Source of the DNA: Dehalococcoidia bacterium
GTDB taxonomy: Bacteria > Chloroflexota > Dehalococcoidia > UBA2979
Reading direction: 5' to 3'
Length of the DNA stretch: 64,000 nt
NCBI GenBank assembly: GCA_965262725.1
Contig: OZ253555.1
Location: forward strand, 2,432,001 to 2,496,000
Part shown: positions 62,233-64,000 of the stretch, in pieces
How the letters are laid out: every line of letters starts with the position of its first letter
Numbering within the stretch: the stretch's first letter is position 1
Position numbers and translations under genes: made by a program
Notes under the pieces: generated by a model
Databases searched by the model: none
Told to the model about the DNA's origin: nothing
The model's input: only the letters and a program-made list of their open reading frames with translations

Positions 62233-62827
62233 GGTGCAACGCTAGCTGGCTTGGCAAAGTTTGGCAATGCGGATCGCCCCGGACGTGCGGCCCGTCCCGC
62301 TCGCGCGGTCGGCCCGGCTGCGTGTCTCGGCTGCAGATCGCTCCGCGACAACCTGGCCCACGACATCCTCGGTGCGCAGCAGGCAGGCATCTACGCGTCT
62401 GGCTGGACCCGAGCGGGCACGGAGTGCCGGACGGTTCTGTCACCCGACCCGACAGGATCATCGGGTCGCTCCCGGAGCTGCTGGCATGAGCGCGTGGCTC
62501 GACTGGGTCGTTCCTACTCCACGACCGCGCTCGGCTCGCCCGGCCCCCGGGGGCTGCTCTCGGCCCGCGATCGCTACGCCGGGCGGGCGCACGTCCGCGT
62601 CCGCGCCGCGGTCGATCGCTGGCGCCGCGAGACGCGGGACGTCGGAATCACCGAACGCGCGCCATCTCCTCGAGGAAACTGTGGGAAACCTGTGCCGAGC
62701 TTCTGTCGGCACTCGTCAACGGGTCGCGCTGAGGGCTCCTGTGCCTGAGCGGTGAACGATGGAAGCGGTTGGCCTCGAGCAGCCCCCCGCCGAGTACCTG
62801 CCGTCGATTCGAGCGGTGGTTCGTTAG

Positions 62828-63241
62828 TTAGGGGTCTGGCATCAAGCCGCCGCGCGCGAGTTCCGTCGAGATGTGGTCGAAGACGGCGGCCGCGGCGCGC
62901 TCGGCCATCGCGATGTCGTCGGACGTCGCATCGGTGGTGTCCCCGGGGTAGCGTGACGCGGCGCCCCAGCGGTTGAGGCGGTCCAGGTCATCCTGCGAGG
63001 GTCCGGGCGGGAGGTGGTCTCCAACCAGGCGGCGCAGGTAAGCGAGGTCGTGCGTGAACGGCACCGGTAAGTCGTGGAGGACGAGTACGGCCTTCAGCGA
63101 CTTCTCCGCGGCCTGCTGTGCATGCACGCATGCCGCGGTGAAGAGCGCCGGATCGGCGTGCAGCGCAGCGACGATTCGGAGGTCTCGACGCGCGAACTCC
63201 AGCCAGCGGAGAGCTTCCGCCGAGCGGTCCTCACCGCTCAT
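62828..63241 (-). CDS. HEPN domain protein
   Basis: W...A..DL, HAQQAAEKSLKA.L, THDL, RYP. Confidence 0.88.
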   Translation of the reverse strand: MSGEDRSAEALRWLEFARRDLRIVAALHADPALFTAACVHAQQAAEKSLKAVLVLHDLPVPFTHDLAYLRRLVGDHLPPGPSQDDLDRLNRWGAASRYPGDTTDATSDDIAMAERAAAAVFDHISTELARGGLMPDP

Positions 63242-63557
63242 GAAGCACAACGCCTTCGCGCAACCCTTCGTACAGGACGTTGCCCCTGATGTGCCCGCGG
63301 TGCGCGATCGCGGACGGAGTGGAGACGACGATGTCCTTCGGGAGCGGCATGGTGTGGAGCAGGGCGTGCATCGCAATGGTCGCGCGCGTCTGATCGGTTC
63401 CATCGGGCATGACGACCAGCAGGTCGACGTCGCTGTCGGGCCGCGCGTCCCCGCGTGCGCGGGATCCGAACAACACAATCCGCTCGGGTTCGAACTCGTC
63501 GGCAATGAGCGCGACCATCCTGGTCACGATCGGTCCATAGGCTGTCGCGGTCGTCAT
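63231..63557 (-). CDS. minimal nucleotidyltransferase (MNT) antitoxin
   Basis: LFGSRARG....DSDVDLLVV; overlaps the HEPN start. Confidence 0.9.
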   Translation of the reverse strand: MTTATAYGPIVTRMVALIADEFEPERIVLFGSRARGDARPDSDVDLLVVMPDGTDQTRATIAMHALLHTMPLPKDIVVSTPSAIAHRGHIRGNVLYEGLREGVVLHER

Positions 63558-64000
63558 CGTCCGTTCCGTCCTTCCGCTGAACTATACGACGACTGTGGCG
63601 CGCTTTCGCGGCCTCAGGCACGGCGTGTTTCCCGCGCCTGCGGCCCGAAACACGGTGCCGTGCTCTCGGCCGTCATCGACTCGCGTGTCCTCGGTGACGG
63701 GGCCAGCGCAATCGGGCGTTCGAGGCGCCGTGACTCATCGAGGCCTCCCCGGCATTCGAACTGGCCTCGCGAGCCCGGAGGGCGATACGGCCATCGCCGA
63801 TCCCTTGCGTCTCGTGCCGTCGCGGCGGAACTCAGCCCGACCGACCCGCCCCACCCGGGCGCGCCCAACGGCGTCGGCGCTCACTCACGTCGCCCTGATA
63901 GCAGTCGGGTTGCTGGACGACTTGCTGCACGTACCGGCTGTGAGGGCGGCTGAGCGCCGATGGTGAGACTGGAGCAGGTTGCAACCGAACAACATACCCA

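Noticed and set aside
62335-62480. HAD hydrolase gene
   Set aside because: Only a short degenerate DNLAHDILGAQQAGI stretch is visible, too little to call.

Overview
High-GC accessory or plasticity region with no core housekeeping operons. The gene content suggests a host-associated Chloroflexota-like bacterium (inference only). It contains four main elements. (i) About ten intact or decayed toxin-antitoxin-type modules: MazF, TacAT-type GNAT, two HicAB, DUF2442/DUF4160, AbrB-VapC, ParDE, MNT-HEPN, XRE/ImmA-PIN and an aspartic-protease pair. (ii) Large modular exported proteins: RCC1-repeat lipoproteins, SH3-tailed lipoproteins, and three FN3/cadherin proteins with a shared C-terminal module, one being a 2681-aa kexin-like S8 protease. 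Several are knocked out by IS insertion or frameshift. (iii) Mobile DNA: two IS21, three IS1380, IS256 and IS5-like remnants, and two near-identical 1917-nt group II introns. Both introns sit 10 nt inside IS1380-type terminal inverted repeats, and the intron carries candidate EBS1/EBS2 sequences complementary to the IS-end/target junction. One copy completes a four-level nest, IS256 > IS21 > IS1380 > intron. (iv) An intact four-gene operon (hypothetical, QueC/QatC-like, XRE-ImmA/IrrE peptidase, PIN) that looks like an undescribed defence or stress system. All calls come from motif recognition and manual sequence comparison; no database searches were run.
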